Shown piece by piece: positions 61,980 through 64,000 of a stretch of DNA of 64,000 bases (position 1 is the stretch's first letter; each line of letters begins with the position of its first letter). Under the pieces are notes generated by a model, which was not told where the DNA came from, searched no databases, and saw only the letters and a list, made by a program, of their open reading frames with translations. The position numbers were made by a program, and so were the translations under genes. Source of the DNA: Chiloscyllium plagiosum (lineage: Eukaryota); contig NC_057718.1 of NCBI RefSeq assembly GCF_004010195.1, positions 60,196,137 through 60,260,136 on the forward strand. The letters are read 5' to 3'.

Positions 61980-63950
61980 ATTACAGAATCACAGAATAGT
62001 TACAGTGCGGAAGGAGTCCATTCAGCTTTTATGTCTGCACTGGCTCTCTTCATATGAACTTGACATTTTCTGTGTTTACTCGTTCTCTTACAAATTGTTT
62101 CTATTTAAATAGTCATCCAATGCCTCTTGAAATGTCTCGTTGAATCTACCTCCACAACATGTTTAGGCAGTGCATTCAATACCCTAATTACTTGCTGACT
62201 GGACAATTTTTTTTTCTCACCACACATTTGCTTCTTTTGGAAACTACATTAAAACAGGACACTGTGGTTCATGATCTGTTTATGAATGGGAACAGTTTCT
62301 CCCTATTCACTCTGTCTTCCTTCCCACCTGATTTTGAAAATTATCAAATTTCCTGTGAGCCTTCACCTCTCCAAAGAAGTTCAGAGTCAGAGAGTCAGAG
62401 AATCACATGGCACAGAAACAGACCATTTGGCCCAAAGCATCCATGACGACTGGGTTTCCCAAACATAACTAGTCCCATTTGCCTGTGTTTGGCCCATATG
62501 CCTCTGAACCTTTCCTATTCATGAATCTATCCAATTGTCCTGAAATCTTTCCTCATAACCGAAGTGCATGCACTTGGAACCATTCTTATAGGTTTCCTCT
62601 GCATTCTCTCCAATACACTCACATCCTTCCAAAAGCGCGGTGCCCAGAACTATACATAATCCTGCAGAAGAGGTCTTGTATAAGTTTGACATAACATTCC
62701 TGCTCTTTGTACTCTGCCTGTATTTACAAAGCCTAGAATATTTTTTGCTTTATTAACACCTCTCTCCATTTGTCCTTTTAATCAACTAGGAGAAAGTGAA
62801 GACTGCAGATACTGGAGATCAGAGTCACAAAGTGTGGTGCTGGAAAAGCACAGCAAGTCCGGATGCATCTGAGGATGAGGAGAGTCGACATTTCGAGCAT
62901 GAGCTCTTCATCCTGATGAAAAGCTCATGATTGAAACATCAACTCTCCTGCTCCTCAGATGCTGCTTGACCGGCTGTGCTTTTCCAGCACCACACTTTGC
63001 AACTGTGCCACTTTTAATGCTTTAACACATACACACAGGTCTCAATGCTCCTGCATATCGTTTAGAATTGTACCCTTTGTTTTGTCTGTTACTCTGTATT
63101 CTTTGCACCAAAGTGTACTATATCACATTTCTCTGTGTGGAAATATATCTGCTAAATCTGCATCCATTCCATCAATGTGTAAATGTCCTTTAAGAGGTTT
63201 TACATTTTCCTCCTCACAGTTTCCAAAATTTTGTGTCATCTGCAAACTATGAAACTTCCCTCTGAACACCAAAATCTAGATTATTCATAAATATAAAAAG
63301 AAATTACTCTAAGCATGACTCCTGGGCAACTCATTATAAACCTTCTTGAAGTCCAAAAATACACATTAGCCATCACTCCTATTTCTTATCCCTTACCCAA
63401 TTTTGTATCCATAGTGCTTCAGTTCCTTACTTCACAAGCCTGTTGTGTGAAACTATATTGCATACCTTTTGGAAGTCCATGTACACTGCATCAACAACCT
63501 TCACTCCAACTATGTTATTAGCTCTACCAACAACTCCAGCGGGTTGGTTGACTCCCTTAACAAATCCATGCTGATTCTTCTGAATCAATCCACTTATTTG
63601 CGTATGACCATTAATTCTATCCCAATAATTGTTTCTAGAGGTTTCCTTATAAGTTAAACTGGTCTGCAATTGCTGGGCTGATCTTTGTAACCTCTTTTTA
63701 TCTGAACAAGAGCACAGTGTTTGCAATTCTCCAATCCTCTGGCAACATCCTCCATTCCGGAAATAATTGTTAGTGCCTCTGTAATTTACATTCTCATTTC
63801 CTTCAATATCATTGGATATGTCACATTTGGTCCACGAGTCGTATCAATTTTATGACCTAATATCTCCTCCTTAACAATTTTAAGTCCTTCTCATGACTAC
63901 ATTTTCTCTTCTGGTCTTGGGAGAATCTGCCTGGTAGGTAAAAAGACAGA
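61980..63950 (-). mobile_element. Decayed CR1 with nested CR1 tail (about 62385-62540) and palindromic element
   Basis: LIQKNQHGFVKG..DAVYMDFQK, reverse tgtgtcatctgcaaact (FADDT), and tail acagaatcacagaat. Confidence 0.8.
62785..63004 (-). mobile_element. Palindromic PLE-type element with hammerhead centre
   Basis: Inverted arms agtgtggtgctggaaaagcacagc / gctgtgcttttccagcaccacact around the centre gagctcttcatc-ctgatgaaaagctc. A degenerate flanking repeat cttttaat is present. Confidence 0.85.
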
Positions 63951-64000
63951 TGTAACACCCAGCCATCCCTCTTGCCTCTAAGTGTAAGTACCCCTAATCA

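Overview
AT-rich, CpG-depleted vertebrate DNA. The HE1/V-SINEs, HER1/CR1 LINEs and Deu-domain SINEs point to a cartilaginous fish (shark); this is inferred from repeat content. I found no host protein-coding exon, RNA gene or CRISPR array that I can support, so the window looks like gene desert or a large intron, with two assembly gaps. It is dominated by decayed and nested retroelements: many CR1 copies, L2 fragments, tRNA-derived SINEs, a Gmr1-like Gypsy remnant (integrase before RT), solo LTRs, Tigger-like DNA-transposon ends and a young Penelope-like element (PLE) GIY-YIG 3' end. The most striking signal is a family of short palindromic non-coding elements with 15-17 bp target-site duplications whose centre is a minimal hammerhead ribozyme (CTGANGA...GAAA). 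Hammerhead motifs from at least four PLE-type terminal-repeat families occur in the window. There are also several unusual long duplications at insertion sites. All calls were made by eye without alignment tools, so the boundaries of decayed repeats are approximate.
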